This document shows positions 8,877 through 17,373 of a stretch of 60,210 nucleotides of DNA, piece after piece; the stretch's first letter is position 1, and each line of letters starts with the position of its first letter. Both the position numbers and the translations under genes were made by a program. The notes beneath the pieces are model-generated. The model was not told the origin of the DNA, did not search any database, and was given only the letters and a program-made list of their open reading frames with translations. Source of the stretch: Methanosarcinales archaeon (lineage in GTDB: Archaea > Halobacteriota > Syntropharchaeia > Alkanophagales > Methanospirareceae); NCBI GenBank assembly GCA_025464325.1, contig JAODGH010000039.1, positions 1 through 60,210 of the forward strand, read 5' to 3'.

Positions 8877-10772
8877 TCAATCACCCTTATTGGCTTCAAG
8901 GAGCTCCAGCACCTTCGTTTTCAACATACTGTTCAGCTTCTTACCATCAACTTTGCCGCGAAACTCGCGCATAACGATGCCCATCAATGGTCCCACTGCT
9001 CGTTCACCCTTTTCAAATATGAAATCGCGTTTAGAAGCCACTGTGTCCTCAATGAACCGTTCAACATCCGCCATACTCGTCCTCAGCCCCAGCTCCTCTA
9101 TTGCTCGTTCTACCGTCTGGTCCGGCTTATTCGCTATGTATCTCAGTATCTCTGGTATTGCCTCCTTACCAAACTCGTTTGCAGCAAGCAGTCTGAAGAT
9201 ATCATGAATCTGCTGCCCTGTCAGATTCTCCAGTTCCACACCCTCCCGCGTCAGCTCCACCATCGTATCTGTAAGCGTCCTGGCAACGAGTGTTGGTGCT
9301 ACTTTATAAGCCCTGACTATAGCTTCAAAGAGTTCGTAATTGCTGCTACGTCCTATTTTCGTGGCGAGCTCGTCATTCAAGCCGAACTGCCGCTTGTAAC
9401 GACCTATCCGGTGCTCGAATGTCTCGGGCAATCTGCTACTCAGGTCCTTCAGCCGCAATGGATCTATCTCAACGGGGGGCACATCCGTTTCCGGATACAT
9501 ACGTGCAGCACCGGGCAGGGGTCGCATATATGCACTGCTACCGTTTGGCAATGCCCTCCGCGTCTCCTTCGGTATGCCCCGCATCGCTTCTTCTGCCCGG
9601 TTTAGTACCTCATTCAGTGCGTTCTCCGCTCGTGATCGCGTATCCGCAGCCACTATCACTATACAGTCCGATTCCGAAGCACCAAACACGCTTCTCATAC
9701 GCGCTATTTCCGCGCTGGTTATGCCATAGGCGGGTAGTTCGTCCGTATGCATCAAGCCCGTACCGTATCGGGCTGCGAAATCGGCTAATTCGCTACCGAA
9801 ACGCCTGCCTGGCTGCAATTCGGTACCAAGTATACCGGCAAATCCGCGCAAACATGCACCATATACCAGTCCACCGGCTCTTCTTATCACCCTCGATGCC
9901 GTATCCCTGAATATATCCGAGAGATCAACAATGCGGTGCTCCACTCTGCCACCTCGATTATTCAACTCGTGCATCAATTCCATGAGCTTCAACTGCCGCG
10001 TTATTTCGTTATCCACTATTGTACCTATCAACCTGAGGTTCTGGACGCCTTTTATCTCCACACGCGCGCCACCATCTATCGAGATATTGATATCCTGCCT
10101 TATGGTGCCCAATCCTCGTTTCACCTTACCGGTTGAGCGCAGTATCATTCCAAGCTGTTCCGCCACATTACGCGCCTGGTCCGCGGTTCGTATATCTGGT
10201 GCTGTACCTATCTCAACCAGAGGTATGCCCAGTCTGTCCAGAGAGTACACAACACTGCCATCCGCCCGTTCTTCGATCTTCTGTGCCGCATCCTCCTCCA
10301 GACATAACGAATCCACCCTTACACGCCCTTCTTCCGTTGTGAGCCAGCCATCGGTCGCTATCAGTGCGGTTCTCTGGAATCCACAGGTGTTTGAACCGTC
10401 TATCACTATCTTACGCATCGTGTGTATCTCATCCACAATATTCATATTCAGCATCAGTGCGATTTCCAGTGCAATATCTATCGCTTCGGGGTTCAACTCG
10501 CCCGGAGGCTCCTCATCGTTCTCTACCAGGCATGTGGTATCATAGGCTTTGTATATAAACGTGCGGCTGTATCTCGCTTCTGCACGGGCTGCCGCATCCA
10601 CTTCTCCAAGCTCACTTTTTGATGCACGTAAATAACGTATAAACGAATATCGCGCGTCTTTCTTGTCACGCAACACCGTGGGACACTTACAGAATAGTTT
10701 TGTACCCGTGTCCAGCTGTTGATGTATCTCCAGTCCAGCTCTCAAGCCCACCCGGGCATAGTCTATCGCCAT
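8877..10772 (-). CDS. gatE: Glutamyl-tRNA(Gln) amidotransferase subunit E
   Basis: 631 aa. The N-terminus GLEIHQQLDTGTKLFCKCPT and the length are typical of archaeal GatE. Confidence 0.9.
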   Translation of the reverse strand: MAIDYARVGLRAGLEIHQQLDTGTKLFCKCPTVLRDKKDARYSFIRYLRASKSELGEVDAAARAEARYSRTFIYKAYDTTCLVENDEEPPGELNPEAIDIALEIALMLNMNIVDEIHTMRKIVIDGSNTCGFQRTALIATDGWLTTEEGRVRVDSLCLEEDAAQKIEERADGSVVYSLDRLGIPLVEIGTAPDIRTADQARNVAEQLGMILRSTGKVKRGLGTIRQDINISIDGGARVEIKGVQNLRLIGTIVDNEITRQLKLMELMHELNNRGGRVEHRIVDLSDIFRDTASRVIRRAGGLVYGACLRGFAGILGTELQPGRRFGSELADFAARYGTGLMHTDELPAYGITSAEIARMRSVFGASESDCIVIVAADTRSRAENALNEVLNRAEEAMRGIPKETRRALPNGSSAYMRPLPGAARMYPETDVPPVEIDPLRLKDLSSRLPETFEHRIGRYKRQFGLNDELATKIGRSSNYELFEAIVRAYKVAPTLVARTLTDTMVELTREGVELENLTGQQIHDIFRLLAANEFGKEAIPEILRYIANKPDQTVERAIEELGLRTSMADVERFIEDTVASKRDFIFEKGERAVGPLMGIVMREFRGKVDGKKLNSMLKTKVLELLEANKGD

Positions 10773-10812
10773 CTATTAGCCTCATATAATCAATGCCCCT
10801 CTAAAAAATAAA

Positions 10813-11487
10813 GAGATTTTCCAAAAACCCCCTTTGTAGCCCCGACCAAATTTCCAGTAGAAAGTATTTGAATCGCGAAATAGAAAGTATTATAAGCTAT
10901 TAGCAGCATATGAGTATCATGCAGTCGTTAATTCATTATGCAATCAATGAGGAGTATGAAAAGGTAGAACAGCTCGGTGACAGGCTTGCACGTATTGAAT
11001 CACTCATCGATTGGGAGAGGTTCCGCACCATCGTCGCGGATATCTTTGATAACAGGAGCAGGAAAGGCGGTAGACCGAATATAGACGAGGTTGTTATGAT
11101 AAACGCTAAACCATCAGACCCTGAGCTTGAGCGGCAGGTGACCGACAGAATCTCTTTCCGTATTGAAATAACAACCGCATCGGTACATGATTCTTAAACC
11201 ATTCAGTGAAGAAGTTGTCTATCGGGATAAAGATTATCGGTGCACCGGTAAAACTGCGGAATAAGCGTATAAACCGTAAGAGAGCGCCCGGTGAGAGGCA
11301 TTACGCCGTAATAACATATGTTCAACGCCGCACACGTCCGTGTCACGACCGTAGCGCGGGTTGCGGTCAAGATGATATTCACTGAAAGGGTTTTTAGGTG
11401 GTAGAAGTGTGGGTTGGTGTGGTGGTACTTACGCTATGGTACGCGTGCAGGAAGTTGATGGGTAAAGTGAAGTTTTTGGAAATGCTC
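10813..11487 (+). mobile_element. Internally deleted IS5-family element (copy A) with imperfect terminal inverted repeats
   Basis: The left end gagattttccaaaaacc (10813-) matches the reverse complement of the right end gtttttggaaatgctc (11472-11487). The interior carries transposase fragments. Related sequence recurs near 26068 and 56838-57130. Confidence 0.65.
10910..11197 (+). pseudogene. IS5-family transposase fragment (N-terminal DUF772-like piece joined to the ...ITTASVHDS piece)
   Basis: 95-aa ORF containing KGGRPNIDEVVMI, SDPELERQVTDRISFR and ITTASVHDS. Downstream out-of-frame pieces (VYRDKDY..) look like the DDE region. It is far too short for an intact transposase. Confidence 0.65.
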
Positions 11488-11614
11488 AGATGTTAAATTC
11501 TTTAAACCGAACCTGTATATCGCACACCTTAACCTGTGTTCTGTTTCTGTGTACCATGGAGAGGTGTTTTTTTCATGCAGTCATCTAATTTTTATTATTA
11601 ATGGAGCAAACAAG

Positions 11615-12337
11615 ATGAAGATCTCATATCTGTCACTCTCGGGTAAGAGGTGCACTGTCCAGTTTTATGGCTGTAACTTCAGGTGTAAAGGTTGCTTCGC
11701 TATGCAAACGAACAGATACACCGAGATGACACCATCACGATTATCTGCGATAATCAACCAGCTCGGTATCCATGAGGTCGTGTTAGCGGGTGGAGAGCCG
11801 ACGATATACAGAAAAGAGCTTCCATCGTTTATCAAATCGTGCAACGCGAGAACGATACTCTCAACCAATGGCTCCCTCATGGATCGCGCCTTTGTAACAG
11901 AACTGGAGAACGTATGCCTGGATGAGGTTCATATAGACCTTAAGGCGTATACCCGGGAGTTACATGAATGGTACACCGGGGTATCAAACGAAAAAGTTTT
12001 AGATGCGATAGAGCTATTGAACGATAGCAATTTGAATTTTGAAGTGATTACAGTCTTTATTCCTGACATTATTGATAACGACGAGATAGAAAGGATAGCC
12101 ACGTTCCTATCAGGTATCGGTGATATAAATTATAGGATCATAAGATACGTCCCTGCTAGGGGTCTGTCAAGAAGACCAACGGAAGAAGAGATTAAAGAAG
12201 CCGTATCAATCGCCAGGAAATATCTTAGTAATGTGACATCCTCTTTAGATTATCGCGCACACCCATTAAAAAGCGTTCGTCTGTACGGTCAGGACATCAT
12301 GGATATCACAAATGCAGCAGGTACACCAGAACGATGA
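11615..12337 (+). CDS. Radical SAM protein (small activase-like)
   Basis: CX3CX2C motif GCNFRCKGC near the N-terminus, plus GGEPT. I start it at the ATG at 11615 (MKISYLS) rather than the upstream track start at 11549. Confidence 0.75.
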   Translation: MKISYLSLSGKRCTVQFYGCNFRCKGCFAMQTNRYTEMTPSRLSAIINQLGIHEVVLAGGEPTIYRKELPSFIKSCNARTILSTNGSLMDRAFVTELENVCLDEVHIDLKAYTRELHEWYTGVSNEKVLDAIELLNDSNLNFEVITVFIPDIIDNDEIERIATFLSGIGDINYRIIRYVPARGLSRRPTEEEIKEAVSIARKYLSNVTSSLDYRAHPLKSVRLYGQDIMDITNAAGTPER

Positions 12338-13317
12338 TACATATACTCACCTTAGCCCTTATGTACGCCCTCTACTGGATGGTGCGGGTCGTGCCGGTGA
12401 TAGCAATAGGCATTTTTGTAACGAGTTTTGCCGTCAATATCGGGTTGATGAGGAAATTTGAAGTGCTGATAAAACCCATTTCAAGTAAAGCGAATATCAG
12501 TGCACTATCGGCTTTGGCGGTAGTAACGTGCACGTTTAGCACCACTGCCGGTTACTCCATGCTCGCGGAGGGACTGGATAAGAATATCGTTTCCGAGCGA
12601 GAACTTATTGCAACCACACTGATCAGCTCCTTCCCGAGCATTCTCTCTCATCTCTTCACGTTTTTCTTACCTGTGGTGATTCCCATTCTCGGTCTCACTA
12701 CCGGTTCAATATATGTGTATCTCGTAGGGCTTGGAGCGTTCTTGAAATCATGCATCGGGATAATACTTGCAAGACTATGGCTAAAGGATACTGATACTTC
12801 CCCATTCAAAGCCCCAATACCGGGTGATGATCTGCATCATGTTCGCGCCCCCACGGTTGTTGTGGCTAATAAAAGTGCACTGAGTAAAAGCGCTAAGAGC
12901 ACTTATAAGATGCTCAAACGCATTCTGCCCGCGATGTTCATCACGCTGCTTCTGGTATCCGTGGCAATGGAACTGGACCTGTTCGATTCTTTCTCTACCT
13001 TTTTGGAACCTCTCACGATCATTTTGGGCGTGGAAAGCGAGGTCGTTCTGATCACCGCGACCAGGATAGTGAATACTTATTCAGGGTTGATACTTGCGGG
13101 TAGCCTTCTTAACAGGGGCGTGATTTCAACAAAAGGTGTGATAATTGCTTTATTACTGGGAAACGTGGTATCGTTCTCAACCAGATTCGTAAAACATTCT
13201 TTGCCTTTACATGTATCGCTATTCGGTCCCAGGCTGGCAGGGAAGACTGTAACGATAAACGCTGCAACTACGCTTGCCATAGATGTGCTGTTCATCGCGA
13301 TATTGCTAACAATTTAG
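12334..13317 (+). CDS. Polytopic membrane protein, possibly nucleoside-recognition (Gate)-domain-like transporter
   Basis: 327 aa with at least 8 hydrophobic segments. Its start overlaps the radical SAM stop by 4 nt (ATGA). The family assignment is from memory only. Confidence 0.55.
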   Translation: MIHILTLALMYALYWMVRVVPVIAIGIFVTSFAVNIGLMRKFEVLIKPISSKANISALSALAVVTCTFSTTAGYSMLAEGLDKNIVSERELIATTLISSFPSILSHLFTFFLPVVIPILGLTTGSIYVYLVGLGAFLKSCIGIILARLWLKDTDTSPFKAPIPGDDLHHVRAPTVVVANKSALSKSAKSTYKMLKRILPAMFITLLLVSVAMELDLFDSFSTFLEPLTIILGVESEVVLITATRIVNTYSGLILAGSLLNRGVISTKGVIIALLLGNVVSFSTRFVKHSLPLHVSLFGPRLAGKTVTINAATTLAIDVLFIAILLTI

Positions 13318-13928
13318 TTCAGGAGAAAATGTGCAATGTGCTTATTGAAGACATATCTTGATTAGATCGGGTAATTATTCATCAACCCTTCAACCATGCC
13401 CATGCCACACCTACTTTCAACCATTTGCCGTTCAATAGTAAGGTAACCTCTTCGGGTGCATAAGGAACACCTGTCTCCGAGTAGATAGCGCTACTGTACG
13501 GTACTCGAATGCACGGGGCTGAAACTGGATATACTCACCCTGTACAGCATTAACACGGCAGGGATGCGATCCAAATGTCCAACGAGAGCGGTAGATGTAA
13601 CGATAGGTCTCTTAACTGAACATGCATGAGTAACCTTTTATTGGGGCATATAGTTGCGAAAAAGCACCATGTATTTTTCCCGGTTTTGTTTCGGCTGGAA
13701 TCGGGAATTAGCTACTATTGTGTATGTAAACGAGAAAGGATGGTTTTATGATAGGAAATGAGGTTTGGTGGGTGCAACAGGTACATTATGGACTTGAGTG
13801 AGAAGTGGGTGTGGTATAGTGATGTTTTTTTTAAGCCAGCATGACGAATAGCTAAGGACTTGAATCCCGGATTAACCTATTTTGGCACGATCGATAGATT
13901 TATATGTTTATTTTCACATATTTATCAT

Positions 13929-15740
13929 ATGCTTTTGCCTGAATCGAAGGAGAAATTTTTAAACCTGTTAGATGAGATTGTCGGTCCATTAAAATATAGT
14001 GGTATTATCCTTCTCGATGATCAATTCAGGGTTATATGGGTTAATCGCGCGATCGAATATCTCATAGGTATAAGACGCAAGGATGTTATCGGACGGGATA
14101 ACCGGCAGCTGATACATGACTGGTGTACGATATTGGAAGAGCCCGAAAAGTTTGAACACACGGTTCTTAGCTCATACAGCGATAACACGTGTATAGAGCG
14201 ATTTGAATGCCATGTTCTCCCGGGAACATCCCGGGAAGAGCATTTCCTTGAATACTGGAGTGTGCCGATATTGACCGGAACATTTGCCGGGTGCAGGATA
14301 GAGTATTTTTATGACATCACCGCACAAAAACGTGTAGAGCAGAGACTGGCAACGCAGGAGGGGTATCTGCATCATGTCTTCGATAACATGCTGGATGGTA
14401 TATTGATAATTGATTATGACGGTAAGATCCTCAAGTACAATTCAGTACTCGCGGAGATGCTCAATGTGGGACCCGATGAGATTATAGGCAGAAATATAAC
14501 GGAGTTCCTTGCACCGGACTACAGGGCGAGTCTGAGAAGAGCCATTCAGAACGTGCGTATGGGTCAGGGCTGCATGGATATCTATCGGATATTATCGCGA
14601 CATAAATGCGAATTCTGGTTTGAATTCAAACTAACCGGGATGGTCTACAACGAAAAGGACGTTGTGCTTGTATTTATTCGCGATATAACGGCACTGAAGG
14701 AGAAGAGCGAATTCCTCGAGCACATAATTGATAATATACCGGATACCATAATGATCAAGGATTCGAAACACAGGGTCGTGATGGTCAATCGTGCATATTG
14801 TGAAATAACGGGTCAGCAGCGAGAGGATGTAATAGGCAAAAAGATCTATCGGAAGACGGACGAGATGGTGATTAATAAGGGGGGTGTGGTGAATATACCG
14901 GAATTGACTTATACCGACTTAAATGGTAACAGGCACTACGTATCGGTGAAGAAGGCGCCGTTGGTGAGTAATGCGGGAGAGGTGACACATGTGCTGACGG
15001 TAAGCCATGATATAACCGAACTGAAGAATAAGAGAGAAGAGCTTGCCGCGAAGAACAAGGAGCTTGAGCAGTTCACATATACGGTCTCTCATGACCTCAA
15101 GGCGCCGCTACTAACAATCCAGGGCTTTGTACAACTGCTCCGGGATGATCTTGCACGTAACGACCACGACGCGGTGGATAAAGATCTGAAATACATAGAG
15201 AACGCGGCAAAGAAGATGGAGAAGCTTATTAATGACACCTTGCAGCTATCCCGTATCGGACGAGTGATGAATCCTCCTGAAGATGTAGCATTCCATGATA
15301 TAGTCGTAGAAGCTCTGGAGCAAACGAGGCAGCAAATAGAATCGCGGGGGGTGGAGGTCTCGGTGTCAGATGATTTACCGGTCGTCCGCGTTGATCGTAT
15401 GAAGATGGTGGAGGTAATGGTGAATCTTATAACGAACAGTGTGAAGTACATGGGGAATCAAAAGCAGCCGAAGATAGAAATAGGATACATGCTAAAAGAT
15501 GGTGAAGTGGTTCTCTTCGTGCGTGACAATGGCATAGGTATCGAAAAAAACCAGCATGAGAAGGTGTTTGAGCTGTTCTACAAGCTTGACAGTCGTAGTG
15601 ACGGCACGGGTGCCGGACTCGCCATTGTGAAGAGGATAATAGAGGTACACGGAGGACGAATCTGGATAGAGTCCAAACCAGGACATGGATGCACCGTTTT
15701 CTTTACACTACCGCTCTCTTCTAAATCGATTGTATCATAA
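13929..15740 (+). CDS. Multi-PAS sensor histidine kinase (cytoplasmic)
   Basis: HisKA H-box FTYTVSHDLKAPL; HATPase_c N/G boxes (NLITNSVKY, VRDNGIGI, GTGAGLAIV); several PAS-like repeats. The track start at 13860 is TTG, so I prefer the ATG at 13929. Confidence 0.85.
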   Translation: MLLPESKEKFLNLLDEIVGPLKYSGIILLDDQFRVIWVNRAIEYLIGIRRKDVIGRDNRQLIHDWCTILEEPEKFEHTVLSSYSDNTCIERFECHVLPGTSREEHFLEYWSVPILTGTFAGCRIEYFYDITAQKRVEQRLATQEGYLHHVFDNMLDGILIIDYDGKILKYNSVLAEMLNVGPDEIIGRNITEFLAPDYRASLRRAIQNVRMGQGCMDIYRILSRHKCEFWFEFKLTGMVYNEKDVVLVFIRDITALKEKSEFLEHIIDNIPDTIMIKDSKHRVVMVNRAYCEITGQQREDVIGKKIYRKTDEMVINKGGVVNIPELTYTDLNGNRHYVSVKKAPLVSNAGEVTHVLTVSHDITELKNKREELAAKNKELEQFTYTVSHDLKAPLLTIQGFVQLLRDDLARNDHDAVDKDLKYIENAAKKMEKLINDTLQLSRIGRVMNPPEDVAFHDIVVEALEQTRQQIESRGVEVSVSDDLPVVRVDRMKMVEVMVNLITNSVKYMGNQKQPKIEIGYMLKDGEVVLFVRDNGIGIEKNQHEKVFELFYKLDSRSDGTGAGLAIVKRIIEVHGGRIWIESKPGHGCTVFFTLPLSSKSIVS

Positions 15741-15747
15741 ATAAGCA

Positions 15748-16668
15748 ATGCACTCAGAATTAGTGGATCATGTATCAATAGATGTTGTGGGCATGGGTGC
15801 ACTGAATTATGATGTACTGTACGTGGTGGAACGAATAGCACGCGCAGGGGAAGAGGTTGGCATCATGGATATGGTAAAAGCTCCAGGCGGTTCGGCAGCC
15901 AATACCATCGTTGCTCTGGCGCGACTTGGTATTAAAACCGGCTTCATTGGCGCGGTTGGTAACGATAACGAGGGCAGAATTATACTCGATGCGTTCCACC
16001 ATGAGGGTGTCGAGACATGTATAAAGATGATGGATGGCTGTACAGGTGCAGCGATAGGATTTGTAGATTCGCGGGGTGAACGAACACTCTATATTTATCC
16101 TGGTGTGAACAGCCGACTGGATATTTCAGATATAGATATGGAGCTTGTGACCGGTGCGAGATTCGTACATATGAGCTCATTTGTCGATCGTAAACAGCTG
16201 GATCTGCAGTGTGAGCTGGCGATGCATTTGAAGAAGCTCAGTTTCAGTCCGGGAATGTTATGCACCCGGTACAGATTAAAAGATCTCCGTGCGCTTATAG
16301 CGCGAAGCGAGGTGGTATTCCTCAATGCGGGAGAGCTGAAATCACTGATCGGGCATGATAATTATGAGCATGGTGCTGCTGAACTGCTTGATATTGGTGC
16401 ATCCATTGTTTGTGTAACGCTCGGTGAGCGGGGTTGCTATGTTGCGACCAGAGAAGGCGAATCATATCAGGTGGATGCGTATCCTGCCAGAGTTGTGGAC
16501 ACAACAGGTGCTGGAGATGCGTTCGCCGCCGGGTTCCTTTACGGGCTATTGCGTCATAAGAGCATATACGATAGTGCCAGAGCCGGTAATTTGATGGCAT
16601 CATACTGCATTCGTGAGTACGGTAGCCGTAAGGGACTGCCACGAACACTCGAATTGCCACCAGAGTGA
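15748..16668 (+). CDS. PfkB-family carbohydrate kinase (ribokinase-like)
   Basis: 306 aa. Signature DTTGAGDAFAAGFLYG and an N-terminal GG motif. Confidence 0.8.
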   Translation: MHSELVDHVSIDVVGMGALNYDVLYVVERIARAGEEVGIMDMVKAPGGSAANTIVALARLGIKTGFIGAVGNDNEGRIILDAFHHEGVETCIKMMDGCTGAAIGFVDSRGERTLYIYPGVNSRLDISDIDMELVTGARFVHMSSFVDRKQLDLQCELAMHLKKLSFSPGMLCTRYRLKDLRALIARSEVVFLNAGELKSLIGHDNYEHGAAELLDIGASIVCVTLGERGCYVATREGESYQVDAYPARVVDTTGAGDAFAAGFLYGLLRHKSIYDSARAGNLMASYCIREYGSRKGLPRTLELPPE

Positions 16669-16710
16669 ACTTAATAAAGCCAGAGTACATAATATCTTAA
16701 TGCAGTATAA

Positions 16711-16881
16711 ATGAAGGAGGTGATGCTTATGTGTAGTGTGGGAGATGTGAGCTTCGATCTGGACATAGAAGAGCTGGAAATGGAGCGATACAGATGCAAT
16801 GAGTGTGGGAACAAGTTTGATGCGATTGGTGAGAAGGTGGTATGCCCTGCCTGCCAGTCGGAGAATGTAGAGAAGATATAA
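16711..16881 (+). CDS. Small zinc-ribbon protein (CxxC...CxxC)
   Basis: 56-codon ORF below the track cutoff, translated by hand: MKEVMLMCSVGDVSFDLDIEELEMERYRCNECGNKFDAIGEKVVCPACQSENVEKI. An aggagg lies inside the first codons, so the true start may be the ATG at 16723 or 16729. Confidence 0.45.
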   Translation: MKEVMLMCSVGDVSFDLDIEELEMERYRCNECGNKFDAIGEKVVCPACQSENVEKI

Positions 16882-16894
16882 AGAGAGATATATC

Positions 16895-17353
16895 ATGATT
16901 CGCCTGCGAAGCGATGAGATGCTGATTGTGCGCGGTAATAGTGGAACAATAGGCGTGGTGAAAGCTGGTATAGGCAGGCAGTTCTTTGTCGATACCCCGA
17001 GAGGCGAGTATGTGCTGGCGCTGGGACCGGAGGATATACTTGTTGCTTCGGGTTTCGGAACGGGTGACAGGATACAAAAAGGGTTGAAGTGTGTTCTATA
17101 CATGATCCGGGAGCTGAATTCGCCATTGATTGTACTGCCAACAGACCATCCGGCATCTGCTCGCCTTAAGTTCGTGGTATCCGCGGGAAAACGGGTTGTT
17201 ATAAGTTGTAATATCAAGCCAGGGACACACCCGGAACAGCATTTGCTATGCGGTATGCCGGAGTTTGAGGGTATGGAATTACATGCCGTTGCGGGTGGTG
17301 TAGAATTGACCGGTCTGGAAACGGTGGATTTTGAGCATATCAGTTTCATATAG
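16895..17353 (+). CDS. Hypothetical protein (152 aa), family not recognised
   Basis: Protein-like composition. It is tightly spaced between the zinc-ribbon ORF and pyrK-pyrD. The longer antisense ORF 16600..17361 is Ser/Pro/Thr-rich and looks spurious. Confidence 0.5.
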   Translation: MIRLRSDEMLIVRGNSGTIGVVKAGIGRQFFVDTPRGEYVLALGPEDILVASGFGTGDRIQKGLKCVLYMIRELNSPLIVLPTDHPASARLKFVVSAGKRVVISCNIKPGTHPEQHLLCGMPEFEGMELHAVAGGVELTGLETVDFEHISFI

Positions 17354-17373
17354 AGCTTCATATAGTATAGGAA

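Noticed and set aside
8829-10558. Several plus-strand ORFs (8829..9605, 9419..9910, 9931..10545 and others) inside gatE
   Set aside because: They are antisense shadows of the 631-aa gatE ORF, with Ser/Pro-rich low-complexity translations.
11400-11460. G/T-rich tracts upstream of several plus-strand genes (also 13740-13840 and 37720-37900) that look vaguely similar
   Set aside because: The similarity is compositional (gtgg/ggtg runs), with no alignable core motif beyond a few bases. The first tract lies inside IS copy A. Treated as low-complexity sequence, not a shared regulatory element.
13860-13928. TTG-initiated N-terminal extension of the histidine kinase
   Set aside because: It uses a non-ATG start with a hydrophobic, odd N-terminus (MNPGLTYFGTIDRFICLFSHIYH). 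The in-frame ATG at 13929 is more plausible, but this cannot be proven from sequence.
16600-17361. 253-aa minus-strand ORF opposite the zinc-ribbon and 152-aa genes
   Set aside because: The translation is Ser/Pro/Thr/Cys-rich and low-complexity, typical of antisense reading of a real gene. The plus-strand ORFs have protein-like composition and operon-like spacing.
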